DNA of 64,000 nucleotides from the human T2T-CHM13v2.0 reference genome, Homo sapiens: the NCBI RefSeq assembly GCF_009914755.1, contig NC_060944.1. One strand, given 5' to 3'. Below, piece after piece: positions 1 to 12,385 of the stretch; position 1 is the stretch's first letter; each line of letters opens with the position of its first letter. The notes under the pieces were generated by a model. The model ran no database searches. It saw only the letters and a program-made list of their open reading frames with translations, and was not told the DNA's origin. Made by a program: the position numbers and the translations under genes.

Positions 1-1330
1 TTCAAAACCATGTTAAACGTTTTTGCAATTATATGTATTCCTTATCTATTGCGCCTACTACCAAAACCAACAATTTTGGTAAGTGTTGGATTCCAACCTC
101 TCATAAATGCAACACACTGACATCACTGCATTTTCTAGCCCTTTGTTTCTGACTCCTCATTGGAGAATGTGTTCTAGTCCTCCGGTCAGCTCTGTTCCTG
201 ACTCGTACGGAAATATGGACTTCCAGACTAATGCTTTGACAGTGAGCATTCCTCTCAACATCTGAAGCTCTGCTCTTTCTCCTACCATCTCGTTTTTAAA
301 CGGCTGCAGCCTTAGTCACTGTTCACGTTCCCTTTTCATTTATAAGACACATTTCTTTCTTTACAGAATGAACACCCTCTGGCAGCCTTTAACAAAGGGC
401 CATTGCCATTCCCAGCGTATATCTCCACCGTACGGTCTCTGCCACGTCATTCTCCCTGTCGGTGCCCGCGACTCTGCATCTCTCAGCAGCTCTGCGGGCT
501 GCTCTGCCACTGCATGGTCCTAACAGAAGATCAGAGCAGGGGAACCCACCTGCTTTCCTTGGTCTCAATAGAAGTATATTTTCCTCTTTCCCAACATGTT
601 TCATGAGCATGAGGCTTTGATTACCTGTGTGCACTTGGATTTTGCCACACATTTTCTCATGATCCCAGTTAATCTCACGGCAAATATTTTGAGCTTGGCC
701 TTCCTATTTTTCCCGGTTTTACACATGCACAGCTAAGGATGAGGCATCTCAGCAGGAGGAGAGACTGCTCCAGGATCCCTCAGTTCTACAGTGATAAAAC
801 CAACACGGGAACCCAGGGCTTTGGATGGCACCGCCCATCAGCCTTGTCCAGTTCTCACGCCTCTGCTTAGACACACAGCTCATCCTCTGCTGTTGGGCAG
901 AAGGAATCCTATGAAAACTTCTGCAACCAGTGCTTAGGTGCAAGGACTTCGGGAACACTTTCTATCCATCAGTTGGATTTTACTGTGACAAAGGAGCTGT
1001 TCTGTTGCCCACAAAAACACTGATCCCCTTCATTTTTATCAGGTGTCAAAGTCTGGTGGGCTTCCATTTCTGTCTCTCCTTACAGTTCTGAATCCGTTCT
1101 GGGAAATGTAACTTTTGTGGTCTCTGTTTTAAGGGCTTATTTTGTTGTTCATTTTTTGTAGAACATATTGTTTTGCTTTATAGTTGTTTAAACCTATCAT
1201 CACATTTTTTCGGCAAAATTTTCTAAGTTATTCCTATAGTTCTGTTTGTCCTAGTTTTTCCCTCATATTTAACCTGTTTTTACATGATCTTCCATCTCTT
1301 TGAGTTTTTGTTACTACTTCATTTTCTGCC
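1..1330 (-). pseudogene. Highly degraded LTR-retroelement (ERV/Gypsy-type) pol fossil: RNase H + integrase
   Basis: Manual minus-strand translation across frameshifts gives collinear motifs: EAH...EG(D/N) (1056-1064), HVGKE (584-598), ERCRV (470-478), GP(F) (394-401), TRW (285-293), TVKAL (229-243), TH(F) (~162-172), RRNR..IAK (21-56). Many stops and frameshifts. Confidence 0.5.
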
Positions 1331-2417
1331 ACTTTCGTTTTTATGTTAATGCAAAGGATACACTATTAATGAAACTTTTAACACCTGTATATCTCTCATC
1401 GGTTTTCTTTTCTAATGCATTGTGTAACCCCCACTACACCATGGAAGAGTTTCATTTCTTCAATATAAAGATAGATACCAGTCAAAACAGTGGAATCATT
1501 AATCAGTTTTGGCTGTGAAATTGGATTTTTTGAAGTCTTTGTATATTGAGACCATAGAATTAAAGGCAAAAGTAAGGAGAGAGAAAAGGATTTCTAAAAC
1601 CCAGAAGCTGTCCTTGTGTATCAGGAGCTAGAGCTTAGATGAGCCATAGGCAGGGAGAGCACGAGACATGATCCAGCAGCCTGAGTCGTAAGTAGAAGCT
1701 CCTTCCTGGTGAGTATGGAAAACAAAGTGTGGATTGCAAGAGAGAGGGGAATGGAAACCTGCTGGGATCCCCAGAAGGGCCAACACCCTCTCTATCCACA
1801 GGCTGCCCCCAGGAGAGGGAGGGTAAGGCCAATCAGAGGAAGCAAACCAGAGATTGAGAGGGAGCCAAGGATATCTGACAAGGCTCCACTTCCCATCTAA
1901 CTTTCCTTGCGGTGGTAACACAGCACTTGTAGTCCAAGCATGATGACCGTGCTGCTGGTGGTGCCTCATCCTTCAGTGGATGTGCACTTCATGTGGTTAC
2001 AAAAAGACAAGAATCTTCCTTGAATGCAGGATGACCCTGTGCTAACACCACCACTTTCCTCTCCCAGAGCTCATCGTCCTTTGGAGACCTTCATCAGGTG
2101 CCGGATTCCAGGAGAGCAGAAGCCATGACCAGGTTTGTTTCATCCAAGGGTGGCCCCCAGCACTGCATAGACCACCCAGCCCCTGTCTCACTCTTGGTGA
2201 ACAGATTTCCTTTCTGAGTCACTGAAGTTTCCTTTTAATCACTGATCAGGACCTCCAGGATGCTGGTTTTAGTAATCTCACTTTAATTTTGCATCTTCTC
2301 TGCCAGCCCATTGGACAGTTAAGTGGTTGCTCTTTTGCCTCACCGGAAACCTCAATTAAAGGTTAATTGATAGAGCAAATACATCAAAACTCTTGTTTGT
2401 ATGAGCTATGCATGTTC

Positions 2418-2435
2418 ATGCAAATGCATTTGCAT
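2418..2435. promoter_or_regulatory. Perfect 18-bp palindrome made of two inverted octamer (POU) motifs
   Basis: ATGCAAAT-GC-ATTTGCAT is its own reverse complement. Function not shown. Confidence 0.4.
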
Positions 2436-3074
2436 TACTTGGTGTGGGACCACCAGGGCCATGCGTGGAGGAATTCACAAATATGAGTGCATGTAGTACT
2501 CACAGCAGGCCTGTGAACGAGGTCCTATTTAATCAAATCCTATATGAGGGCACCTTCATTTACTCTTCGAGCATCTGATATGCTGACGAAATGTAGTGTG
2601 ATGAAATGCAGATATTTCACTGTGAGCCTTGCTTCTCATCCCTTCACAGTTTTGAAGCAAAAACTTGGTATTCCCACTGAGTATTGACTTTGTTATTCTA
2701 TGTTATTCTATTCAGTAGAGGTTCCACATTCTTAAATAACTTTTCAATTTCATATTTCATTTGGTAAGGCACAAATCTAATCTCTCGCCCTCAGTTCACA
2801 TCCCTAATCCTTCATCATTCAGCCCTGATTATAAATCTTTTAAAATCAACCAATTGAAGTGTGTAATATAAAAATACCACCTAGAATATGCTTAAGTTTC
2901 CAGAATAATTGAAGTTGTGCTCTTTAATTAGAGCTCAGTTTTATATTATTTACTGAGTGCATGTGTTGAAACGTCACATCTGCAGTATGGAGATAATTCA
3001 ACATGTCTAGGTTAAAAGCTACACAGATCTGCGAGATTTCTCCAATTATAAAATAGTGACTCTGTGTCACCTTT

Positions 3075-3190
3075 GGAGCAGGACAGCTGTGGTTGGAATC
3101 TCAGCCCCATCACTTGCAGCGAATGACTTTGAGCATTTGTTCTGCTGTCTGTGCCTCAGTTCCCTCTTCTGTTCAATGTTGTAATAGCCA
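3075..3190 (+). mobile_element. MIR SINE fragment
   Basis: MIR core-like ...ctgtgcctcagttccctcttctg..., degenerate. Confidence 0.6.
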
Positions 3191-3259
3191 TTTCATTGGT
3201 AAATAATATACAGAAATAGAAATCAATAATAATACCTCATAACAACTCTACAGATAGGG

Positions 3260-3722
3260 AAGTGGTTCACAGACAGGCCCAGGTCAGGACACTTTGCACC
3301 CTTCAAAATCACTGGGATCCCCCAAGGGCTTTATATTGATCAAAATTCACAATGAAAACTAATACCTGTTGTAAATATGTATTAATCCACCTTGAAACAA
3401 TAATAACAAACCCACCACCTGCTAACATAAATACCATATTTTTATTAAAAATAACTATTTTCCAAAGTTCAAAAAAGTGAGAAGAGTGATGTTGGCTTTA
3501 CATTTCTGCAAACCTCTTCACTGAATGTCTACCTTAATAAAAGAAGCTGGAATCTCGTATCCACTTTTTTACTCAATCTGTTGCAACGTGTTGCTTTGAA
3601 CACAGTCTGTGCACAAAACCCAGCCTCCACTGACATGTGGGTGGGAAAGGGAGGACCTTGTGGACACCTGAAAGGGTTTCAGGGACCCCCTGAGGTCCTC
3701 AAAACACCTCGAGAACTGCAAA
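3260..3722. mobile_element. hAT-Charlie non-autonomous element (Charlie1-derived, MER119-like)
   Basis: Matches recalled Charlie1 sequence (aaaaataactattttccaaa...agtgagaagagtg...tttacatttctgcaaa...caatctgttgca) and ends in ggaccccc...gagaactgca. Confidence 0.7.
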
Positions 3723-4638
3723 AATCAGGGTCCATAAAGCTTTCAAGAAATCACAGCTAATCATTACTATTATTGCTATTTTAAATTTATCCATTAAATG
3801 TGAATGCCATGACACAGGGCTAGACCCAGTGCATTCCAGAAGATGTTTTGTCCAGTCCACACCCTCTCTTGGTAACTAGGCTCAGCAAGGGCACCCTGCC
3901 ACCCAGGGGGCACAGTTCTGGATTAATCCGAGAAGTTTGGTGCTTTAGTCACAGCAATTAGAACAACAGAGGCTAAGGCTGTACCTGCCGCTGGGTTGAA
4001 ACAGGCTGTGGAGAGCAGCCTTGGATGCCAGCTGGTCCAGCCAGGTGGGCAGCACACAGATGTGAACAACACAGCTGTGTCCCAGCATGCCAGAGCACAT
4101 GTGCAACACGAAGGTCCAAGGGTCATCCCCCGGTGGGTGGAGCACAGCCGCCAGGAGCCCTGGGCCTCCCACAATGGAGGGAATCCCTGGTGGCTGTCCC
4201 CATTCTCTCAGAGGAAACCTCCACAAGCAAGATTTCATTGTGAAGTGGACGATGTCTTACCCAATTTGATTATTTTGGGTAAGTATTGGAAACTGCTGAA
4301 AGTCAGGCTCACAGCCTTTATTAGTAAGCAGACCTTGGGAGTCTCAGCTTCCAGTTTTTCCAGTGCTCAGAAAATATCCTGGATGAAAAGTTCACCTGAG
4401 ACAAACACAGCCAGAGCCCAGCAGGAGGGTATGGCACATCATCTACAGGAGACCGGGGGGCCAAGAATCCCCCACCCAGCAGCTGGCCCAGGGCAGTCCC
4501 AGGTCCCAGGCTTGCAGGCCATGTTCACACAAAGGCAGGTGAGGGTCTCCAGCAGACTGTAGGGCCAGCTGTCTTGAACGACCAAGTTCACCAGTGAGAG
4601 CTTCTTCCTACCATCTTTTGTACTAGTAGCAAAGCCCC

Positions 4639-4716
4639 GGGAGCCTCCTCTGAAGGGAGGATTCTGGTTCTATGCTGGGAGCATCCTCTGGAGCATGGAT
4701 TCTGGTTCAATGTTGG
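4639..4716. repeat. Diverged 38-bp tandem duplication (2 copies)
   Basis: gggagcctcctctgaagggaggattctggttctatgct / gggagcatcctctggagcatggattctggttcaatgtt. Confidence 0.8.
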
Positions 4717-6974
4717 CCGCTCACTGGGAACAGAGCCCAGGCCAAGCCAAGTTATTGAGTTCAGTTACTCACTCCTTTGGCAGGGGTGGGAACGGGAGCA
4801 CAGGTCCACTTAGATCTTATTGCCTGACTCAAGTGTTTAAAGTAATCCATGGCCCTCATCTTGGTGCTTGAGGCCCTGCAGGGAGGCTGATGATGAATGA
4901 GGCTGTTGGCTAAAGTGAAATGGGGTTAGAGGCAGAGCCCAGTTCCATGCCCTGAGACTCCTGGAGATAAGCAGGGGCCCTCTTTGATCACTGAAGCACC
5001 TGCCAGAACAGGAGAGCTGTTGCCCTCTGGGTTAAAATCCCCATGTTGGGCAGCAGCAGAGCCTCACAGTTGGGTCACTCTAACAGGGAGGGACGTGCAG
5101 ACAGTCCTGAGGAGGGGAGGTGCTCAGGCCTTGTAGGTCTGGCCTTGAGGCCTGTCGGGTGCTGGGTGTGCAGCTGGGAGGCCATGGATAGATCATCTGG
5201 ATGGCAGGCAGTGATGTCAGGGCCCACCTTCTGCCTCATGGGCAATGGATGCTTGGGGGCCGGGTGGCTTTGGCCAGACGGTGGACACATCATCTCTGTT
5301 TCAGGTTCCCCAGAAAAGCAAGGGGGAAACAAGGGCAGCATGTTTGTGCTTTCATACATCTTTTGTTAAGGTGCCCTTTTATCTCAGTAACAACTGTTTT
5401 TCCTATTTTCATGTTAAAATATTATTGTTTTATGAACTGAAAATGCAGATAGCTGGTAGGTCACTTTGGTTGAGTCTGATTTAGTTTCTAATGTTATTGC
5501 TTAGCAAAATAACAAGCTGAAAACTACAGATAGACCCAGATTTATGGGACTTGAAGTTTCTCCAATATGGGTATCCTCTTAAGAAAAAGACTATCTGTTT
5601 AGAGTGAGAAGAGAAATCACAGCTCATACATTTTAAAAGCCAGCAGATGCTACAAACATCACAAATTCTGGGAAAATGCCACATTTCTATGAACCAGCTG
5701 CCCGACAGCCATTCTAACGTACTTCCTTAATGCCTGCCCGCTGGGGCCCTCTCCACCGTCAATGACTTCACAGCATCCTTCTCCACAGAGAAAATGGAAA
5801 GATGAGTTTGCTGTTTTCTTGACACAGTTGATGAAAAGTTTTTGTCTTATTAATTGGTTTTAAGTGTTTCTTTTAGCTTTATAACTGATAATTGGCAATG
5901 TCATATACATTTTAATCTTGTTGCCAAGTTTTAGGAGATGTCTGTCAAATTCCTTATATCTGAGCTGTACAATTTAGGATACTTTTATTTTTCTTATGCA
6001 GTAATTAATCTTAAGTAGTTAAGACTCAGCTAAACTTTACCTAATTTAACTAAGTTAAATGTTGTTTACGCTGTTGGCACTCAGCCACTTTGTCATTAGT
6101 GACCCTGTGGGTATGGGTTTTTCTTTTACTTTATGGTTTTTCACTCTGAAATTAGTGTTTCTGACAGTTGGAATCCCAGATGATCCTGAGTGGCTGACGC
6201 GGACGGAGGTGTTGTCTGGAATATGGAGTCATCTTTCTATGGTGTCCCTCAAGACATGCTGGGATTTAGGGATTTCAACAGCATTCTTCTCTCTAGCCTC
6301 AAAGCAGTGGAACATTGTAGGCAAACATGTTTGGAGTTTGTGAATAACTCTCAGAGCTGATATATGTCTTCATTTTCACAATGGAACATAAAGTGATGAA
6401 TCCTAACTAGAGAACAAAGCCAAAAGATAGACACCACTGAAAACGTTTCTCACGAGTCCGTGGTCCTGCAGCAGTGCTGCTGGGAGTCTGGCTTTCAAGA
6501 CGCTGCTGTAATCACTACAGGGGAAAGCCTGTAATGATTCAATCACACAGAGTAAAAATACACTTTCAGTTGGTGTAACATTGCATTAGTTCTACTTCTA
6601 CAGAGTCTCCTTAATCACTTGTATTTAAAACAGAAGTTACCAGAGGCCAACGTATGACAGGCCGCAGAAGGCCACTTGCACATCCCAGCTTCGCTTACAC
6701 AAACAGATGCCCTTCTAGAAGGATCATCTTGCCCTGCAGGGAAGATGATTGTCACATCTCCACAGCACATCACATTTTCCATGTGGAAAACATTCAGGTG
6801 TACTTTGATCTAATGAAAATCAGAGTCGACATTCTGCTTCACAGTGGCAGCTGGGAGAGCCATGCTGGAAACCAACTGCTGTTCTCCAAGGAACATGCTC
6901 CACTAACCCCTGGGGCCAAGACCAACTGGCATGGAGTGCCTGTGGCTCTGAAAAGGCTTCTCATCTAAAACTTC

Positions 6975-7497
6975 TGTAAGTGGAATAGGGCCATTGCCCA
7001 ATGCACAAGGGAAGTCAATATGCTGAGACACCAGGCTGCAGCAGAGAAAGAGGTTTAATTACAGGGCTGCCGAATGAGGAGATGGGAGGAAACATCAAAT
7101 CCGTCTCCCTGAAGAGTCTGGGGCTAAGGATTTTAAGGGTTTTAGATGGAGCCAAAGTGTGGAGACGGTTGATTGGTTAAGAGTGCAGGGTTATGGGACA
7201 GAGGAAAAAAAACTGTATTCTCATGCTGATCCCATTCCTTTGTAGGGGTCTTCAAACTGCTTGGTGTCAACTGGAATTCAGGATCTGAAAAACATTTCAT
7301 GCATTTCTTAAACAAAAGCCTCATGATTCTAGCAGCAGAGACTCTACCTACAGGAACAATGGGGATACAGATGGTCAGAGTCTAATGCTGCCTGACTTTT
7401 GGTTGCAAGGAATTGGGTCAAAGTACAGCCTGATTAGTGCGTGATTCTAACTCTATTGCTGTCCAGAACTCTTGTTAACCCTGTGCAGACAGTTTCA
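6975..7497 (-). mobile_element. ERV1 (MER4-group) solo LTR
   Basis: TG...CA termini (tgtaag...gtttca), minus-strand ATTAAA near 7055, MER4-group-like body, near-4-bp TSD cttc/catc. Confidence 0.75.
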
Positions 7498-7569
7498 CAT
7501 CCAATCAGTGTTCTGTATTCAGTTAAGATATGTTGAATAAAATATTAGGACTGAAATCATGAACATACA

Positions 7570-9100
7570 ACAGAATACAACTCAGCAATAAAAAGGAATG
7601 AATGGTGAACACACACAACAAACTTCTGAGATAAATCTCAGAAGCCAGAGCTTGGGCTGCACCCCTAGAATGGAGGTCCTCTCCCTCCAGAGGTGAGGGG
7701 CTGAATAAGAGGAACCAGTAATATCTCAAGCGCCACAGACTCACTGTTCTTATCTCATTTTAGAAGATTTTCCTGAATAAAGGAGTCTTGGCTGTATGCC
7801 CTTGGGACAATCTCCAGAGACTTTGAATAGTAAACTATTAGATGGTCTTTACTAGCTGTGGTTGTTTCACAGGGAAGCAGTTCCATGGGACTGGTTATGC
7901 TGCCATTCTGGAAGCATCTCTTCTTTGCTAGCATTTACCTGTTTCTTCCCAAAGACCCATGCATCTGTATCTAGAGCAATGACTATGTTTTCCTCAGTGT
8001 TGCATGGTAAGACGTGTCTGTGCTGCTGTGTACCACTGAAGCTCATCCATATTGACATCCCAATGTGTGAACACCCCACAGTCTACTCAACAGCTCTCCT
8101 GAGAGTGGGAATTTTCCAGCCTCCTGGCTCCTGCTCCAGTCAACAGTGCTTTTTTGTAATTCTTATACATGGGCATCCTTATCTTGGTCCTAATGTGCAA
8201 GTGTATTCCTTTCACATTCCACATTCCCCCATTTAGAATGATAATGTTCACTTTAGTTTTTTCTTCTAATAGATACTTATTAGATTGAAATTTTACATTC
8301 TATTTCCACTTTTAAGAGCTTCTTATTGTGAATAAATATTGAAATGATCATTTTAAAAATAACTTTTAGCATGCTAAATTACTTTGTACAAGTTTTCTAA
8401 CATTAAATCTTCCTTTCATACCTAGGTTAAACTCAATTTCTTCTTCATAAACCGTTAGGCCCGATTTGCTGATATTATGCTTTGAATTTTTGCCTCTGTA
8501 TTCATGAAAAAAGATCTACATCATAAAGACATGAAAGAATTGAAAGGAAAAGTGAAATTTTACCTAGGTCAGGGACGGTAGGTCAAGGTTGCTAATGCTG
8601 TTGTTCACGTTCTATATTCTTGCTAATTAGGTTGTCTGCTTGACCTAGAATTAACGTAAAGAGATTCATCAAAATCTCACAGAATAATGGTGGATTTATC
8701 CTTGAAGTTCTACAATGTTTTTATACTTCTTAAGGCTACTTTATTAAGCATATACATATTTACAATTATTAAGCCTTTCTGATGAATTAAATTATTTGTC
8801 ATTAGGTTTTGGCCCTCTCTACCTTTAAAAGTGTGTTCCATCTGGTTTTGAGGTAGTTATTCCAGTTATTCTTGGTTAGTAATAGCTTGCTATGACTTAT
8901 CCTATTTTCTTGCTTTCAATTTTCTTTCCAAAATTGTGTTCTGGGTGTGCTACTTGCAAACCAAAATTACACTTTATTGTCTAATTTGAAAATTGTTGTC
9001 ATTTTCACGGGTGAGTTTGGTCAAATTATATTTATTGTAATTATCGCTTCATTTGTACCCATTTTTCCAATCTTAGAAGGGAAGATCTGACACAGCATAA
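7570..9100. mobile_element. Patchwork of ancient L1M fragments (includes minus-strand L1M 5'-end sequence at ~7660-7915)
   Basis: ctcagcaataaaaaggaatga; actcactgttctt...ggacaatctccagagacttt...gctgccattctggaagc; AT-rich L1-like text to ~9100. Confidence 0.5.
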
Positions 9101-9659
9101 TGCTAGGGGTAAAGCACAGGACAGAGGCATTCTTAAGACACCTTAATTTATTTGGAATATAGATGATAGTTACCATTATTTTTATTTTCCAGTCATCATT
9201 GTTTTAAAAATTTCCGAATGCATACAAATTTAATCATTTTTGTTGCCCATGCTAGAGCTGGGTACAGGTGAAGGGAAGTCACAGGTCAGGAACGTTCTGG
9301 GTCAACAGTTGAAGCAAAGTGAGATGTATTCAGACTCTGTGCTTGGAAAACAGGGTCTATGATGCAAGCATGATTTTAAAAAGTCTGGAATTGTTTACCC
9401 ACGTGCCTTAACAGTTTTTTTTTTTTTCACTTAGAATTGAATTAGAAAAGAAAAATGGGATACACTCAGGACTTTTCCACCTGGAGATTCTGGGTGCCCT
9501 CAAATGGAGTGAAGATACTGAAAGTTATTTAAATACACAACGCATTCACCACCATCATACATTGTAGACTACCCAAGATGCCTGGTTTTGTAGCTTTTTT
9601 GCTAGAATTATGTCAACTCAACTCAGACTTGTAGAAATGGTTATGTCTTTATGATCATA

Positions 9660-9975
9660 AATTGGTAATATAGATGCTATGATTTTTTAAAATACAGAAA
9701 CATATTTGAATCTAAATGGGAAAAAATATAATGAGAAACAGGATATTTGCATATTCTCAGTGTATCACTCCAGAAGATGTATATTAATTACAACGGAGAA
9801 AATAATATCTTTACAGGGAAAAAACCTGGAAGGCACCTCTGAATCAAGGGATCCAGGTGAACACAGGGCATTAACATGGCGTTGGCATATCTACATCCAT
9901 CCAGACATGAACTGGGAGGGCCACCACAGCATTTCTGTGGGATTTTTGACAAAAGCACATAACCTAATCAGAATA
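9660..9975 (+). mobile_element. L1MC-type 3' end fragment
   Basis: aatgagaaacaggatatttgcat...ctttacagggaaaaaacctgg...cacagcatttctgtg...cataacctaatc. Confidence 0.65.
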
Positions 9976-10014
9976 TTTTGCATAAAAGTAAATCCATCAA
10001 TTCTTTTGTTTTAT

Positions 10015-10915
10015 TTTTAAGTAAACTTTTGCATCACATTGTATCATAAAAAGAGGAAGCAAAATGCACGCAGCTGGATAAAGTTCTAAGTGGTATAATC
10101 TTACCCAGATGAAGATGTGGAACATTTCCAACATCCCACAGCCCTCCCCCAATGCCCCTCTGACCAATCACCCCCCTTTCCAAGTGTAGCCACTACCCTG
10201 GGTTCTCTCCTCAGAGGTTCATTTTGTACCTCTTTGGCTTCATACAAATGGAATCATACACAACACACTTTTTGTGCCTGCTCCTTTTCATTAATTTTTT
10301 CTCTGTCACATTGATTCATATTGTGACATTTGGCAGTAATGTGTTTTGTTAGTGTTATGTAGTATTTCCCTGTAAAAATATGACAGTTGTATCCATTCTC
10401 TTATTGATAGCCATTTGAGTTGTTTCCAATTTCTTGTTATTATAAAAATGCCACTATAAACATCCTTGTACATGTCTCTGGTGAAAACATGTACATATTT
10501 CTGGAATGGAACTGCTGAGTCATAGACTATGTGTGTGTTCTGTTTCCACAGACATTCTCAAGCATACTTCCAAGTGGTTTCACAAATTTAAATTTACATT
10601 AGGAGTGTAGCAGTATTTGCTTCACATCCTTTTCAACAGTTGGTTGAAATAATTACCATCGTGGTCATCAGGAAAATGTAAATGTGTATGCATGTATATA
10701 TTATATCTACAAATATATTTACATCTCATACATATGTGTGCATATTTGCATTTCCTTGTTGGTCAGTGTGGCAGTGTACCTCTTCACATGCTAATCGGCC
10801 ACTCGGATGGTCTTTTAGGAAGGACTTCTTCAAGGCTTCTGCCCAATTTTATGTTCAGTGGTCTGTCTATATGTTAATAATTTTTGTCCATAATTTGGAC
10901 ATTAAACATCTGTCA
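10015..10915 (-). mobile_element. L1ME-type 3' end fragment
   Basis: aaatggaatcatac...tatccattctcttattgat...catttgagttgtttccaat...ggaatggaactgctgagtcat. Confidence 0.7.
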
Positions 10916-12385
10916 AATACATATATATATTTCACATATATGTTTGTGTATATATATATTTGCATGTATATATTTGCGTGTATATAAAAGTGTGTATAAT
11001 ATATGTGTGTATATTTGTGTATGTATATATTTCTGTGTAAATAAATGTGTGTATATCTGTATATATATTTGTGTGTATATAAATGTGTATATGTGTGTGC
11101 ATATATTTGAATGTGCATATATGTGTGTGTATATAAATGTGCATATATATGTGTGTATATATATGTTTGTGTATGTATATATGTGTGGGTGTGTGTATAT
11201 ATGTGTGAGTGTATATATATTGTGTGTATACTTGTGTGTGTATATATATGTGTGTGTATAATATATTTCTGAGTATATCTATATTCGTGTGTGATATGGT
11301 TTGGCTGTGTCCCCATTAAAATCTCAACTTGAATTGTATCTCCCAGAATTCCCATATGTTGTGGGAGGGATGCAATGGGAGGTAATTGAATCATGGGTGC
11401 TGGTCTTTCTTGTGCTATTCTCGTGATAGTGAATAAGTCTCATGAGATCTGATGGGTTTATCAGGGGTTTCTGCTTTTGCTTCTTCCTCATTTTTCTCTT
11501 GTTGCTGCCATGTAAGAAATGCCTTTCACCTCCCACCATAATTCTGAGGCCTCCGCAGCCATGTGGAACTATAAGTCTAATTAAACCTCTTTTTCTTCCC
11601 AGTCGCAGGTATGTCCTTATCAGCAGTGTGAAAACAGACTAATATATTCTGTGTATATAAATGTGTTATGTGTGTATGTGTGCATATATTTGTGTGTATA
11701 TATATGTGTGGATGTGTGTATATATATATAGTGTGTATATTTGTGTGGACATATATACTTGTGTGTGTATATAAATGTATTTGTGTGTGTATATGTATGC
11801 ATATGTATATATGTGTGTGCATATATTTGTGTGTATATATATTTGTGTGTTATATGTGGGGGTATGTGTGTGTATATATAGTGAGTATATTTGTTTGTAC
11901 ATATATATTAGTGTGTGTAAATATGTGTGTGTATATTTGAATATATAACTTGTGTGTATGTAAAGTGTATATATATATTTGTGTGTATATATGTGTGGGT
12001 GTGTATATATGAGTGTATATATAGTGTGTGTATATGTATGGGCATATATTTGTGTGTACATATGTGTGGGTGTGTGTATATGTGTATGTGTATGTATAGT
12101 GTGTGTATTTGTGTGTATATTTGTGTATATATATTTGTGTGCATATATGTGGGTGTGTGTATATATACAGTGTTTATATTTGTACATATATATTTGTGTG
12201 TGTATATGTGTGTGTATATATGTGTGTATATTTGTGTGTATAGAAATGTGTGTGTATATGTGTGGGTGTGCGTGTATGTATATATATATATATATAGCAT
12301 GTATATTTGTGGGTATATATATCTATGTGTGTGTAGTATATTTGTGTGTATATGTGTGTGTGTGTATGTGTGTGTGCATGTGCAT
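10915..12385. repeat. Compound (TA)n/(TG)n low-complexity tract interrupted by a THE1 LTR
   Basis: About 1.1 kb of tgtgtatatata-type sequence on both sides of 11292-11646. Source of the HTHIY/VCVY ORFs. Confidence 0.95.
11292..11646 (+). mobile_element. THE1A-like MaLR solo LTR
   Basis: Starts tgatatggtttggctgtgtcccc, contains atcaggggtttctgcttttgcttcttcctc, ends gtgaaaacagactaatata; ~355 bp. Confidence 0.93.

Noticed and set aside
45-80. hAT transposase-like KIVGFGS(DGA) motif on the minus strand
   Set aside because: Single short motif; the longer collinear motif series fits a retroviral-type integrase better.
2595-2682. Possible C/D-box snoRNA (GTGATGA...CTGA)
   Set aside because: No terminal stem and no recognisable rRNA/snRNA antisense element; boxes are expected by chance.
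3896-3913. CTCF-like motif gccacccagggggcac
   Set aside because: An extra base disrupts key core positions; cannot be supported without ChIP data.
3996-4562. 188-aa plus-strand ORF
   Set aside because: Starts at TTG, has no recognisable domain and no supporting gene structure; compatible with chance.
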